Source: a virus
Virus record (IMG/VR): IMGVR_UViG_3300032070_000613
Span: 64,001 to 128,000 of that record
Length of the DNA: 64,000 nt
Reading direction: 5' to 3' (one strand)
Positions 20,896 through 31,546 of this stretch are shown in pieces. The position numbers and the translations under genes were made by a program. Every line of letters starts with the position of its first letter. Position 1 is the stretch's first letter. The notes below the pieces were generated by a model. That model did not search any database, was not told the DNA's origin, and worked only from the letters and a program-made list of their open reading frames with translations.

Positions 20896-23640
20896 ATGTA
20901 TCGTTTTCCAATCACAATAGATAAGACAAAAGTCAAAGGTACAAATACCAATTTCGTGTATTTGTTTTCAGAACTCTGCTCTTCTATTCCTTCCGGATTC
21001 TGGTCCCATGTTGTTGATACTGTTTCAGGTTTAGATATTCGATTTTTTGATACAGATGGTCTTACAGAACTCAAACGAGAGATAGTATTTTTTGATGTTG
21101 GTGGTCATAAAATAGAGTCATGGGTACTGGTCCCTTCCCTGAATGACGCTTCCGACAAAGTTATTTACTGTCAGTATGGGGTATTAACAAAAGCAAATGA
21201 CTATGACCTCTGGACGATTATCGGGGCCGTCGCAGTATACCATTTTCAAGGAACATCCGACAGCACTCCCAATGCGAATAATGGAACAAACCACGGGGTC
21301 AATTTTCAGGCCGGAAAGATCGGAAACTGTGCGAATTTCGATAGGGTCGACAGCGATTGGATCGACGTACCGAATGCTCCGTCTCTTTTATGTCACACTT
21401 GGAACTATGGGATCACCGCCTGGGTGAAAAATAAAGTTGGGTCGTTGGCGGGGGGAAATACGTATGCGCAGATGTGGAGTGACCCTGTTTCGATGATGAA
21501 TTTTGTAGTTTATGGAGACCCGACCTGGGCCCATATTCTATTAATGATGACGGACACCGGGTCATTTAAATGGGGAGGACACTTTGATTCTCTTAAACCC
21601 TTGACGGAGGACGTCTGGCATCACCTCACGGAGGCAAAAGCTGATGCATTAGTACGCCTTTTAATTGACGGAGAACCAAAAAACACAAATCTTGATTACG
21701 TCGGAGTGCCGTTCCCAACAAATTTAAATCTTGAGATAGGTCGTAGTCGCGCTCCAACTTACATGGATGGAATGATTGACGAGTTACGAATATACTCAGA
21801 TGGTACAATTCCGACAGCAGACTGGACGAATACAGAATACAATAACCAAAACGATCCAGCAACATTTTCTTATTGTGGTCCGGAAGAACATGAAGACATC
21901 AGAATTTTATCTGCTGGTGGTGCTTTTAATTTAGGACCCTACGGTGCTCACAGAAGGATAATGGTTTCTGATGATAATGGGGTAACGTGGAGTACCATTT
22001 ATATAGATGATATTGATGATAAGTTTGTAAGTATCACTAAAGGCGATGGTCAAATAGTTCTTGCTTTAACAGTATCAGGAAAAATTTTTAGATCTACAGA
22101 TAATGGAATAAGTTGGACTGATCTCGGGGATGTTACCGGACCATGCATGCCATTCTTTTTATCTAATAATCCTACAGGACAAGTAAAACATTTAAGTGGG
22201 AGTACTTTTTTAGCTGGTGGGACTCATTTATATAGAACTACTAATAATGGAGATACGTGGACACAGATTAATTTTACGATTCCTGTAGGTTTAGATTTAT
22301 TGCCTGGAATGTATATAGGAGCTATTAAGAAATTAGATAATGGTGATATTTTAATAACTTCAGATATTGACCCGTTTTCTCAATATACACCTAAGATGTA
22401 TTGTTTAAAGTCAGTGGATAATGGATTAACATTTTCCCATATTCCATTGTTAGATACAACATTCACATACCGTCTGCTTTTAAATATAACAGATTTAGGT
22501 AGTGGTAGAATTCTTATAGCTGGGCCTGTATTTGATATTGGCGATCCTAATTTTTATGCATCGGTATATTTGACTACTGATTATGGGTCTACTTGGAATA
22601 GAGTGTGTAAGGAACTTGATACATTACCTCCGGGTAGCGCTTTTACAGATATAGTTAACATAGGATCTGGGACTTTATTTGCTGTCGGATTCAAAAAATA
22701 TTATTTTGGAAGCAATTATTTTTTAGTTGAGGTATCTCATGATAATGGTAGTACATGGTTAAAGGTCAGTGGATATAATAATGGAAAAATTATCTGTGCA
22801 TCTTATATACCATCGATAGGGTTAACTTTTGTCGGAATTGGTGATTACTCAACATTAGGGTATCTTGCAGAGTCAGCCGATCTTGAAGATGGATATAGTT
22901 GGATAGGACTTACCCCCACTGATAAACCAGAAAGAACAAACTCCATAATATTTTTTACTCCCACGTTTCCATCTCTTATCGCCGATTTTATAGGCACCCC
23001 ATTATCAGGTTATTCCCCTTTAACAGTTCAATTTACAGATACTTCTACCGGTTCTCCCTCTACATGGGACTGGGATTTCGGTGATGGTTCTGTATCTACG
23101 GAGCAAAATCCTTCTCATGTCTATACAGTAGCTGGGGTCTATACCGTGACATTGTCTGTCAATGGGGGAGCTAGTACTAAAACAAGAACAGATTATATCA
23201 CTGTTAATATAGCGGCTGATTTTACAGGGTTCCCTATTGAAGGGGAAGCGCCTCTATCTGTTGTTTTTACTGATACCTCTACAGGCTCTCCGGATACGTG
23301 GTTGTGGGAATTTGGAGACGGTACTACATCTACTAGTCATAATCCCACCCATATCTATACGACATCTGGAGCATATACCATCAAATTGACGGCATCTAAA
23401 GGGGCTATTTCAGATATTAAAATAAAAACTGAATATATCATAGTTCTGGTCAATTATCCTACTTTAGTCACTGAAGATTATGCTGTCTCACCGGAAAGAC
23501 TTGATGTCAGGACAATGCATGCCAGTTCTGTAGGGAATTATCTGTTTATAAAAAAAGGTATAAGAATAATTCTTAAGTCTCAAGATACGGGCGATAGCGG
23601 ATTTATACGACCGAACGGACCGACGGTTGTATTTGATTAA
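20896..23640 (+). CDS. Putative fibre/receptor-binding protein: DUF2341 + LamG + BNR (Asp-box) propeller + 2 PKD + conserved C-terminal peptide
   Basis: Start placed at MYRFPITIDKTKV by homology with paralogs (the track starts at 20884); DIRFFDTDG..ELKREI; IDELRI; repeated S.DNG.TW; two WD/EFGDG motifs. Confidence 0.82.
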   Translation: MYRFPITIDKTKVKGTNTNFVYLFSELCSSIPSGFWSHVVDTVSGLDIRFFDTDGLTELKREIVFFDVGGHKIESWVLVPSLNDASDKVIYCQYGVLTKANDYDLWTIIGAVAVYHFQGTSDSTPNANNGTNHGVNFQAGKIGNCANFDRVDSDWIDVPNAPSLLCHTWNYGITAWVKNKVGSLAGGNTYAQMWSDPVSMMNFVVYGDPTWAHILLMMTDTGSFKWGGHFDSLKPLTEDVWHHLTEAKADALVRLLIDGEPKNTNLDYVGVPFPTNLNLEIGRSRAPTYMDGMIDELRIYSDGTIPTADWTNTEYNNQNDPATFSYCGPEEHEDIRILSAGGAFNLGPYGAHRRIMVSDDNGVTWSTIYIDDIDDKFVSITKGDGQIVLALTVSGKIFRSTDNGISWTDLGDVTGPCMPFFLSNNPTGQVKHLSGSTFLAGGTHLYRTTNNGDTWTQINFTIPVGLDLLPGMYIGAIKKLDNGDILITSDIDPFSQYTPKMYCLKSVDNGLTFSHIPLLDTTFTYRLLLNITDLGSGRILIAGPVFDIGDPNFYASVYLTTDYGSTWNRVCKELDTLPPGSAFTDIVNIGSGTLFAVGFKKYYFGSNYFLVEVSHDNGSTWLKVSGYNNGKIICASYIPSIGLTFVGIGDYSTLGYLAESADLEDGYSWIGLTPTDKPERTNSIIFFTPTFPSLIADFIGTPLSGYSPLTVQFTDTSTGSPSTWDWDFGDGSVSTEQNPSHVYTVAGVYTVTLSVNGGASTKTRTDYITVNIAADFTGFPIEGEAPLSVVFTDTSTGSPDTWLWEFGDGTTSTSHNPTHIYTTSGAYTIKLTASKGAISDIKIKTEYIIVLVNYPTLVTEDYAVSPERLDVRTMHASSVGNYLFIKKGIRIILKSQDTGDSGFIRPNGPTVVFD

Positions 23641-23666
23641 ATAAAAATGTTAGTTTTATTTAATTT

Positions 23667-24281
23667 ATGAACAAATGTATACATGTTGTTTGTGTTAATA
23701 ATTATAGACTAGATATAGTATGTAAAACTATTCCTTCTCTTCAATTTTACGCTAAAAGGATCGGTGCTAATTTTAATTTGATAACTGATCGTAAATATCC
23801 AGAATGGCCCGTGACCTATGAAAAAATGCAGGTATATGATATAGGAAAAAAATATGACTGCAACATACTGTTAGATTGTGACATATTATTAGATCAAAAA
23901 ATGTATGATATTACAGAGATAGTACCTTCAAATTGTATTGGTACCTGGATGGTATATGATCCTGCTATTACAATTAAAGAGGATGAATTTATTAAACTGG
24001 ATGGGTCTGATAGGATACCTGTGACTAATTGTATTGTTACCAGGCAGTCTCAGCATGAATTTTGGAAGCCTTTTGATAGCATATCGATGGTGACAGCTTT
24101 GTCTAGAATGAAAAGGGAATTTGTTATAGATGAGTATTGTGTAGGAAGAAATACTAAAAAAAATAATTTTTCTATAGTTGGAATTATAGAAAAAAGAGCG
24201 GAAAATAAACTGTTTTTTCATGGAAATATTACAACAGAAAGTAATTCTGAATTTTTTTCACAATTAAATAACATTAAATAG
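23667..24281 (+). CDS. GT-A fold glycosyltransferase (GT8/GT34-like)
   Basis: YAKRIGANF...YEK...YDCNILLDCDILL (DxD motif); homologous to the N-terminal half of the next gene; AT-rich. Confidence 0.7.
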   Translation: MNKCIHVVCVNNYRLDIVCKTIPSLQFYAKRIGANFNLITDRKYPEWPVTYEKMQVYDIGKKYDCNILLDCDILLDQKMYDITEIVPSNCIGTWMVYDPAITIKEDEFIKLDGSDRIPVTNCIVTRQSQHEFWKPFDSISMVTALSRMKREFVIDEYCVGRNTKKNNFSIVGIIEKRAENKLFFHGNITTESNSEFFSQLNNIK

Positions 24282-24290
24282 GATGGATTT

Positions 24291-25871
24291 ATGAAAACAG
24301 CAGTAGTTACCGTTACGATTGGTGTCAAATTTGAAGAGATGAGCAAACTAACACATCCATCTATTAAAGTTTATGCTGATAAGATTGGGGCTGAGTTTAT
24401 AGTTCTTAATAAACAAAATCAGTTGTCTCCCACCCCTCATTTTGAGAAATTTCAGCTATATTATTTATTAAATAAATATGATAGGATCATTTATCTGGAT
24501 ACTGACCTTATATTACGAAAAGATTGTCCAAATTTATTTGATATAGTTCCAGAATCAAAATTTGGAGCTTTTAATGAAGGAGCCTTTTGTGAACGAGTTC
24601 AAGCTTTTCAAATGGCTCAGCAGCAGCACAAAATTTTTATCAGAAATTGGAATGGGAAGTATTTCAATTCCGGTGTGATGGTTATCTCGCGTATGCACAA
24701 ATTTTTATTTAAGTTACCTGAAAATACTGATCTTAATTTCTACGAACAAAGTTATTTAAATCTCATGTTACATAGCAACCAAGTAGAAATGTTCGATTTG
24801 GATTCAAATTTTAATAGAATGAGTTGTATCGATAGCAAAACAGGATTGCACAGATTAAATAGTTATATTGTTCATTATGCTGGTGCGCCGGATTCAATGG
24901 ATGTAAATCAGATTATCCGAGCAGATTTTGAAGTTTGGGAGAAAGATAATTATCCACGAAAAAGAAATATTTTATATAGACCTCAAGGTGGTCTTGGAGA
25001 CGTAATATGCTCTGAGCCTACTGCTAGACATTTGTTGAACACCATGTATAAAGATACAAACTTTTTAATAGAAACTTGGTTTCCTAGAGTATTTAGCCAT
25101 TTACCTTGTAGAGTTTTTAAAGTAGGTCAGTTTCAACCAGAGCGGGATATTCCATATTATGTTATAGTTTCTATGACTCCGCCGGAGCATATATCGTGGC
25201 AGTTTATGTCAGTAAATTTAATGCACACTATCGATTTTTCAAGTCTTATCAGTTGTCGTAAGATTTTACCTGACAATGAAAAGAATATTAAATTAGCTGT
25301 TAGTTTAGAAGATATAAAGGAAATCACTGAGATTATTGGTATAACATCTTTGATTGATTTTGTTTTAATACATCCGGGTAAAGGTTGGCCTAGTAAAACT
25401 TTTCCGAATAATTTCTGGTCTGATATAATCGATGGATTGGTGAAAGCAAATAAAAAAGTTATTTTAATAGGAAAATACGTATCAGGTGAACAAGGAGTGA
25501 CTGATATCAAATTCGATCATGAGAATGTACTCGATCTTAGAAATTTAACCAGTCTAGGTGGATTAATTGGTTTAATCAGCCAAGCTAAAATTCTTATCTC
25601 AAATGATTCAGCCCCCATACATATTGCGGGTGCTTTTGATAATGAAATAATATTAATTCCAACGTGTAAGCATCCTGATTGGTGCTTGCCCTATCGTAAT
25701 GGTAACAAATATTACAAAACTCAAGCTTTATATAAAAAAGCTTTATGGGATACATATGATTCAGCCCCTACTAATATTAATGGTGAGGCAGTAGATCGAG
25801 TTAATGGTAATTATGAAGATTATTTACCAGATCCTCAAACTGTCATAGATGCCGTTATTAAAATAGGATAG
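24291..25871 (+). CDS. Bifunctional glycosyltransferase: GT8-like (GT-A) domain fused to a GT9 heptosyltransferase-like (GT-B) domain
   Basis: IIYLDTD, YFNSGVMV, EQSYLN, IVHYAG (GT8-like); GGLGDV, LIHPG.GWPSK, DLRNLTSL, ISNDSAPIHIAGA (GT9-like). Confidence 0.85.
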   Translation: MKTAVVTVTIGVKFEEMSKLTHPSIKVYADKIGAEFIVLNKQNQLSPTPHFEKFQLYYLLNKYDRIIYLDTDLILRKDCPNLFDIVPESKFGAFNEGAFCERVQAFQMAQQQHKIFIRNWNGKYFNSGVMVISRMHKFLFKLPENTDLNFYEQSYLNLMLHSNQVEMFDLDSNFNRMSCIDSKTGLHRLNSYIVHYAGAPDSMDVNQIIRADFEVWEKDNYPRKRNILYRPQGGLGDVICSEPTARHLLNTMYKDTNFLIETWFPRVFSHLPCRVFKVGQFQPERDIPYYVIVSMTPPEHISWQFMSVNLMHTIDFSSLISCRKILPDNEKNIKLAVSLEDIKEITEIIGITSLIDFVLIHPGKGWPSKTFPNNFWSDIIDGLVKANKKVILIGKYVSGEQGVTDIKFDHENVLDLRNLTSLGGLIGLISQAKILISNDSAPIHIAGAFDNEIILIPTCKHPDWCLPYRNGNKYYKTQALYKKALWDTYDSAPTNINGEAVDRVNGNYEDYLPDPQTVIDAVIKIG

Positions 25872-25875
25872 TTAT

Positions 25876-28800
25876 ATGGCGTGGTCAACTCTTACTTCTG
25901 GTGATAATACCCAAGGCGTAGTTGCTTCTGCAGCTCTCTTTTCTCATAAGGGTCTTATAGGAGAAATCCTAAAACCCGGCTCTTTCCAGCAAGCTGCTTT
26001 AAAATACAATCATGCTGCTATTATAGATAATCAAGGAATGATATGGACTTGGGGAACTAATACTTATGGTCAGATAGGAAATAATTCAGTAACAGCTGCT
26101 ACGTCACCTATCTCTATAGTTAGAACAGGCTCATATATTTTTGTTAAAACAGGTTATAGTTTTAGTTTAGCTATTGATGCCTCTACAGGTAATATATGGT
26201 CATGGGGTTATAACAACTATGGCCAGTTAGGGGATAGTACTACAACAAATAGATCGTCATCGGTGATCATAGTCAGAACGGCATCTTATTCTCAAATATC
26301 CGCTGGATATGATCATTCTCTGGCCATAGATGCTACCACCGGTAATATATGGGCATGGGGTTATAATAATGTTGGTCAGTTAGGTGATGGAACTACTAAT
26401 AATAAATCTTCTCCTATAGCCATAGTTCGAACTGCCTCTTTCTCACAGATATCCGCAGGTTATCAATATAGCTTAGCAATAGATGCTACTACCGGTAATA
26501 TATGGGCATGGGGTTATAATAATGTTGGTCAATTTGGAGATGGAACTACTAATAATAAATCTTCTCCTATATCTATAGCTAGAACATCATCTTATTTTAA
26601 AATATCTGCTGGATATAACCACAGTCTATCTATCGATGCCTCTACTGGGAATGTGTGGGCATGGGGTAGTAATGGGGCTAATCCAAATAGCACTAATTAT
26701 CTTGGTAAATTGGGTAATGCTCCAACAGTTTATAGTTACAAATCAATGACGTTTGGTTATTATTCTTTTATTCTTTTAGATTCAACAGGTACAATTTGGA
26801 CTGGCGGTGGTAATACTTATGGTCAAGTAGGTGATGGTACAGTTATTGATCGTTCATCTCCTGTCTTGATTTTGCGATCGGCTTCTTACTCTAGTGTCAC
26901 GGCTGGAGCGTATACGGCAATGGCTATTGATGGCTCTACTGGTAATATTTGGGCATGGGGTTATAATAGTTCAGGACGATTAGGTGATAATACTACACAA
27001 AACAGGTCTTCTCCTGTAGCTATAGCTAGAACAGCATCATATTCTGTATTAGCTCCTTTGTATAATAGTAATCATTGTTTAGCTATTGATGCTTCGACTG
27101 GAAATATCTGGGCATGGGGATACAATAATTATGGACAGCTTGGAATAAATACCACGACAAATAGGTCTTCTCCTGTAACAATAGTTAGAACTGCTTCCTA
27201 TGTAGCAATAGCTGCAGGACCAGATTACAGTTTGGCCATAGATGCTACTACTGGTAATATATGGGCATGGGGCAGAAATTCGTATGGACAGCTAGGAGAT
27301 AATACTACAACAACAAAATCTTCTCCAGTCGCAATAGTTCGCACAGATTCTTATATAGCTATATCTGCAGCAGGAGATAGTTCTGGGCTTGGTTATGGTG
27401 TTAGCATGGCTTTGAATAGTTCAGGTACCGTTTACTGCTGGGGATATAATAATTATGGTCAGATAGGAGATAACACCATAACAAATAGATCTTCTCCAGT
27501 TGCTATAGCTAGTAATTTATCTTTCTCACAAATATCAGCAGGTTCTTATCAGTGTTTTGCCATAGATATTTCTACTGGTAATATATGGGGTTGGGGTGCT
27601 AATTCTGGTTCAGACTTGGGTGATGGAACATTCATAAATCGATCTTCTCCTGTTATGCTAGCAAGACAAATATCGTTTTCTGCGGTTAAAGGTGCTCCTG
27701 TTATTCCATCAGCTATTGAAGCAGAAACTGGATTTTTATGGATATGGGGACAAAATCTATATTATTATGATAGTCAATTACAATATTTAGTTTCTGGAAA
27801 TTTTACAGATGTAGGTTGGTACTATACTTCATATACAGTGCCTCAGTTTATTAGTAAGAATATAGCATTAGATAACCAATCATCTCCTGTAGCTATTACA
27901 AGAACAGCTTCTTACTCCAATATTTCAGCAGGATATCAACATAGTTTAGCCGTAGATGCTACCACCGGTTCTGTTTGGTCTTGGGGACAAAATATTGCTG
28001 GCGAATCTGCTATTGGGTATAATAATTCATCAGTATTAGTCCCCACAGCTATAGCAGGAAGTCGTTCTTATAAAAGTTTAAAAATAGCATATCAATCTAC
28101 TTGGTTACTTGATTCATCTGATTATTTATATGAAGCTAAGGTTTTAGCTACTCCACCAAAAATTAAAAATGGTACTTTCTCTGATATGTGTTTAGGGACC
28201 TGGTGTTCCTATGTAATTGATAAAAATACAGGAAATATATTAGTGCAAGGAACTAATGAGTATGGACAATTAGGAGACAACACCACAGAGAATAGGTATG
28301 TTTTGGCATCAACTGCGAGAACAGCATCTTATTCTAAAATTGTTTGCTCGATGCAACCTCCGACTGCTACGACAATGTCAGCTATGGCTATCGACGCCTC
28401 GACTGGAATGATTTGGAGTTGGGGATATAATAATTACGGTCAGTTAGGAGATGGCACTAGAACTGATCGTTCGTCTCCTGTAGCAATACAAAGAACAGCT
28501 TCTTATATCAGCATAGCACGGGGATATGCTCATAGTTTAGCTATTGATGCGTCTGATGGATCAATATGGTCATGGGGACATAATGAGGAGGGTCAGTTAG
28601 GAGATAATACTACACGACATAGATCTTCTCCTGTATCTATAGTTCGATCTGGATCGTATAAAACTGTTACAGCAGGATTTACGTCTAGTTTTGCTATTGA
28701 TGCTTCGACGGGTATGGTATGGGCTTGGGGGCTTAATGTAGGTGGTCAGCTTGGCGATAATACTATAATAAATAAATCTTCTCCTGTATCTATAGCGAGG

Positions 28801-30474
28801 GTCGGGTCGTATTCAGAAGTTGTTTCAGGGTATTATACTAGTGGAGTGATCGATGCATCTACTGGTATGGTTTATATGTCTGGTAGTAATACTAATGCTA
28901 GTCTTGGGAATGGTACAAATATTAATAGATCTTCTCCAATAGGTATCAGTCGAATAGGATCTTATAGAAATCTTACTATCAGTAATGACCAATATATTAA
29001 TGGGGTCGGAGTAATTGATGCGGCAACAGGGTATGCTTTTGTGTGGGGTTTAGGTCTTGATGTACCTTTCCCAGGGACGTTACTTGCAAATGATTTTAGA
29101 TCGGGGCTTCTATGGTTTAATATTTCTCCTCAGCAAGTTATAAATACTAATTCGTTTGCTCAAATAGCTGCCGGATCTAGTGCATCTCTCTTTTTACCGC
29201 AGAATTATTCTGTATGGGCAAATTTTACCAAAGATACTATACATACAAATACAATGTCAGATGTTCATTTTACATCCACTTTTATTAACAATCCTGTTAG
29301 TTGGACATGGTACTTTGGAGATAGCACTTCAGTAGATGCAAACCCTACTCATGCTTTTACTATCTTTGGTTCACCTTTGCCTATTTCTTTAGTAGCACAA
29401 GGATCATTTGGAGATCCCTATACGGCTACTGATTCTATTAGTATATACTCACCTACTCAGATATCCAACAAAAACACAGTTTATATGTGTGGTTGGGGTA
29501 ATGCCTGGGCTTCGAATGGCTATGGGAATATTAATTTAAATTATCTCGCCCCACTAACTGCAACAGCAATAGATATAGGATATAGACAATTTACTAATCT
29601 ATTTATAGAGAAAGATACTAACTTTGTATGGGGGTTCGGTAATAATAATGCAGGTCAATTAGGAGATAATAGCTTAACTAATAGGACTATTCCTACTTTG
29701 ATTAAATCTGAATCATTTAGTAAAGTAGTTTGTGGCTATAATAATTCTGCTGTTATTGATTCTAATTATATGCTATATGTGACTGGATTAAATACCTATG
29801 GTCAAATTGGTGATGGAACAACTATTAATAGGTCTACTCATGTAGCTGTAGTTCGCACAGGATCTTATGCTGATACTGTTCTTAGTCTGTATCATTCGTT
29901 AGCTTTAGAAAAATCAACAGGAAATATCTGGGCGTGGGGTTATAATAACTACGGTCAGTTAGGTGATAATACTACACAAAATAGATCATCTCCTGTAGCT
30001 ATAGTTAAAACAAGTTCTTTTATTAAAGTTACAGCTGGAGATTATTTCTCAGCTGTTTTGGAAGATACAGGTATAGTATGGACATGGGGTTATAATAATT
30101 CCGGGCAATTAGGAATAAACAATGTTTCATCAATGTCATCTCCTATGAGCATAACACGATCTTCATCATACAGCGATATATCAGCTGGTAATTCGCATAT
30201 GCTAGCACTGGATGGTTATACTGGAATGATTTGGACTTGGGGTCTTAATACATCGGGTCAGTTAGGAGACGGCACTATTCAGAATAGATCTTCTCCTATA
30301 GCTATAATTAGAACAGCATCATATATAGCAATTGCGGCGGGGGTATCTACATCGTATGCTGTGGATTCTACTGGTCTTGTTTTTGGATGGGGTATTAATT
30401 CAAATAATGAAATTGGTAATTATTCTGCCATTAATTATTCATCTCCAGTTATAATAGCTAAGGTTACTTTTTAA
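25876..30474 (+). CDS. RCC1/BLIP-II repeat protein (~27 blades, about four propellers) with one PKD domain
   Basis: ~51-aa repeats AIDA.TGNIWAWG.N.YGQLGD.TT.NRSSPV.I.RTASY..I.AG..HS; PKD WTWYFGD...NPTHAF. Confidence 0.9.
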   Translation: MAWSTLTSGDNTQGVVASAALFSHKGLIGEILKPGSFQQAALKYNHAAIIDNQGMIWTWGTNTYGQIGNNSVTAATSPISIVRTGSYIFVKTGYSFSLAIDASTGNIWSWGYNNYGQLGDSTTTNRSSSVIIVRTASYSQISAGYDHSLAIDATTGNIWAWGYNNVGQLGDGTTNNKSSPIAIVRTASFSQISAGYQYSLAIDATTGNIWAWGYNNVGQFGDGTTNNKSSPISIARTSSYFKISAGYNHSLSIDASTGNVWAWGSNGANPNSTNYLGKLGNAPTVYSYKSMTFGYYSFILLDSTGTIWTGGGNTYGQVGDGTVIDRSSPVLILRSASYSSVTAGAYTAMAIDGSTGNIWAWGYNSSGRLGDNTTQNRSSPVAIARTASYSVLAPLYNSNHCLAIDASTGNIWAWGYNNYGQLGINTTTNRSSPVTIVRTASYVAIAAGPDYSLAIDATTGNIWAWGRNSYGQLGDNTTTTKSSPVAIVRTDSYIAISAAGDSSGLGYGVSMALNSSGTVYCWGYNNYGQIGDNTITNRSSPVAIASNLSFSQISAGSYQCFAIDISTGNIWGWGANSGSDLGDGTFINRSSPVMLARQISFSAVKGAPVIPSAIEAETGFLWIWGQNLYYYDSQLQYLVSGNFTDVGWYYTSYTVPQFISKNIALDNQSSPVAITRTASYSNISAGYQHSLAVDATTGSVWSWGQNIAGESAIGYNNSSVLVPTAIAGSRSYKSLKIAYQSTWLLDSSDYLYEAKVLATPPKIKNGTFSDMCLGTWCSYVIDKNTGNILVQGTNEYGQLGDNTTENRYVLASTARTASYSKIVCSMQPPTATTMSAMAIDASTGMIWSWGYNNYGQLGDGTRTDRSSPVAIQRTASYISIARGYAHSLAIDASDGSIWSWGHNEEGQLGDNTTRHRSSPVSIVRSGSYKTVTAGFTSSFAIDASTGMVWAWGLNVGGQLGDNTIINKSSPVSIARVGSYSEVVSGYYTSGVIDASTGMVYMSGSNTNASLGNGTNINRSSPIGISRIGSYRNLTISNDQYINGVGVIDAATGYAFVWGLGLDVPFPGTLLANDFRSGLLWFNISPQQVINTNSFAQIAAGSSASLFLPQNYSVWANFTKDTIHTNTMSDVHFTSTFINNPVSWTWYFGDSTSVDANPTHAFTIFGSPLPISLVAQGSFGDPYTATDSISIYSPTQISNKNTVYMCGWGNAWASNGYGNINLNYLAPLTATAIDIGYRQFTNLFIEKDTNFVWGFGNNNAGQLGDNSLTNRTIPTLIKSESFSKVVCGYNNSAVIDSNYMLYVTGLNTYGQIGDGTTINRSTHVAVVRTGSYADTVLSLYHSLALEKSTGNIWAWGYNNYGQLGDNTTQNRSSPVAIVKTSSFIKVTAGDYFSAVLEDTGIVWTWGYNNSGQLGINNVSSMSSPMSITRSSSYSDISAGNSHMLALDGYTGMIWTWGLNTSGQLGDGTIQNRSSPIAIIRTASYIAIAAGVSTSYAVDSTGLVFGWGINSNNEIGNYSAINYSSPVIIAKVTF
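26327..26572 (+). repeat. Recent 153-nt-period duplication of an RCC1 blade
   Basis: atagatgctacYaccggtaatatatgggcatggggttataataatgttggtca...gatggaactactaataataaatcttctcctata occurs twice almost identically. Confidence 0.85.
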
Positions 30475-31469
30475 TGTCTTCCTTAATATTAAGAGGTGGG
30501 CCGGGACTCAGAATTCTTTTAACAGAGAATGCTATAGCAACAGCTGATTTTTCCGGTACACCACTTTCAGGTGATGCTCCATTAACAGTTAATTTCACTG
30601 ATTTGTCTACGGGATCCCCTGCTTCATGGGACTGGGATTTCGGAGATGGCTCTTCGCATTCTACAGAGCAGTATCCTACTCACATTTATACGGTAGCTGG
30701 AGTTTATACAGTAATCCTATCTATTAATGGAGGGGCCAGTACTAAGACACAAACAGACTATATTACTGTAAATTTAGTAGCTGATCTTTCCGGCACCCCA
30801 ACTACCGGTAAAGTGCTTTTAACAGTTAATTTTACGGATCTGTCTACAGGAGTCCCTACATCATGGGACTGGAATTTCGGAGACGGTAGCTCTCACAGTA
30901 CAATTAAAAATCCGCAACATATCTATTCCACAGCAGGAACATATACGGTAATTTTGACCGCATCAAAAGGGGTGATATCTTCGATAGTAACAAAAACGAA
31001 TTATGTCACTGCTCGCATTAGATCTGGATTTTCAGGATTACCTGTTATTGGTCAGCTCCCTCTTATTGCTCAGTTCACTGATGAATCTTTAGGAGGAGGA
31101 ATCACTTCTTGGGCATGGGATTTTGGTGACGATACTTCTGTTATTAGATCGCAAAGTCCTCGTCATTATTATATGCGTCCCGGATCATACACCGTCAGCC
31201 TGACCGTTTCTAATGGAGTAGAATCCGACATTGAGACTAAAACAGGATATATAACCGTATCTCCATATACATTGAGTTTTTCCGGCACTCCCAGAACCGG
31301 TAATCCCCCCATAGCAGTACAATTTATAGATACCAGTACAGGAATAACTCCTGACGAAAAACTGTGGGAGTTTGGGGATGGGGACACATCTACAGAACAA
31401 AATCCGGTGCACGTCTATCGCAGATCTCAAGTTTATTCTGTAAAAATGACTGTGCGAAAAAATCTGTAA
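30474..31469 (+). CDS. Four-PKD-domain protein
   Basis: Four ADF.G.P..G..PL.V.FTD.S.G....W.W.FGDG units; TAATG overlap with the RCC1 gene. Confidence 0.88.
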   Translation: MSSLILRGGPGLRILLTENAIATADFSGTPLSGDAPLTVNFTDLSTGSPASWDWDFGDGSSHSTEQYPTHIYTVAGVYTVILSINGGASTKTQTDYITVNLVADLSGTPTTGKVLLTVNFTDLSTGVPTSWDWNFGDGSSHSTIKNPQHIYSTAGTYTVILTASKGVISSIVTKTNYVTARIRSGFSGLPVIGQLPLIAQFTDESLGGGITSWAWDFGDDTSVIRSQSPRHYYMRPGSYTVSLTVSNGVESDIETKTGYITVSPYTLSFSGTPRTGNPPIAVQFIDTSTGITPDEKLWEFGDGDTSTEQNPVHVYRRSQVYSVKMTVRKNL

Positions 31470-31504
31470 ATTTTTTGTGTTTTAAAAATGAATAAGAAAG
31501 TCAG

Positions 31505-31518
31505 AATAATCATTTAAA
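31505..31518 (+). promoter_or_regulatory. Degenerate copy of the putative late-promoter motif (AATAATCATTTAAA)
   Basis: Intergenic, 28 nt before 31547; weaker match to the consensus. Confidence 0.35.
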
Positions 31519-31546
31519 TTAATCAGATTGATTCTATAGGTTTGAT

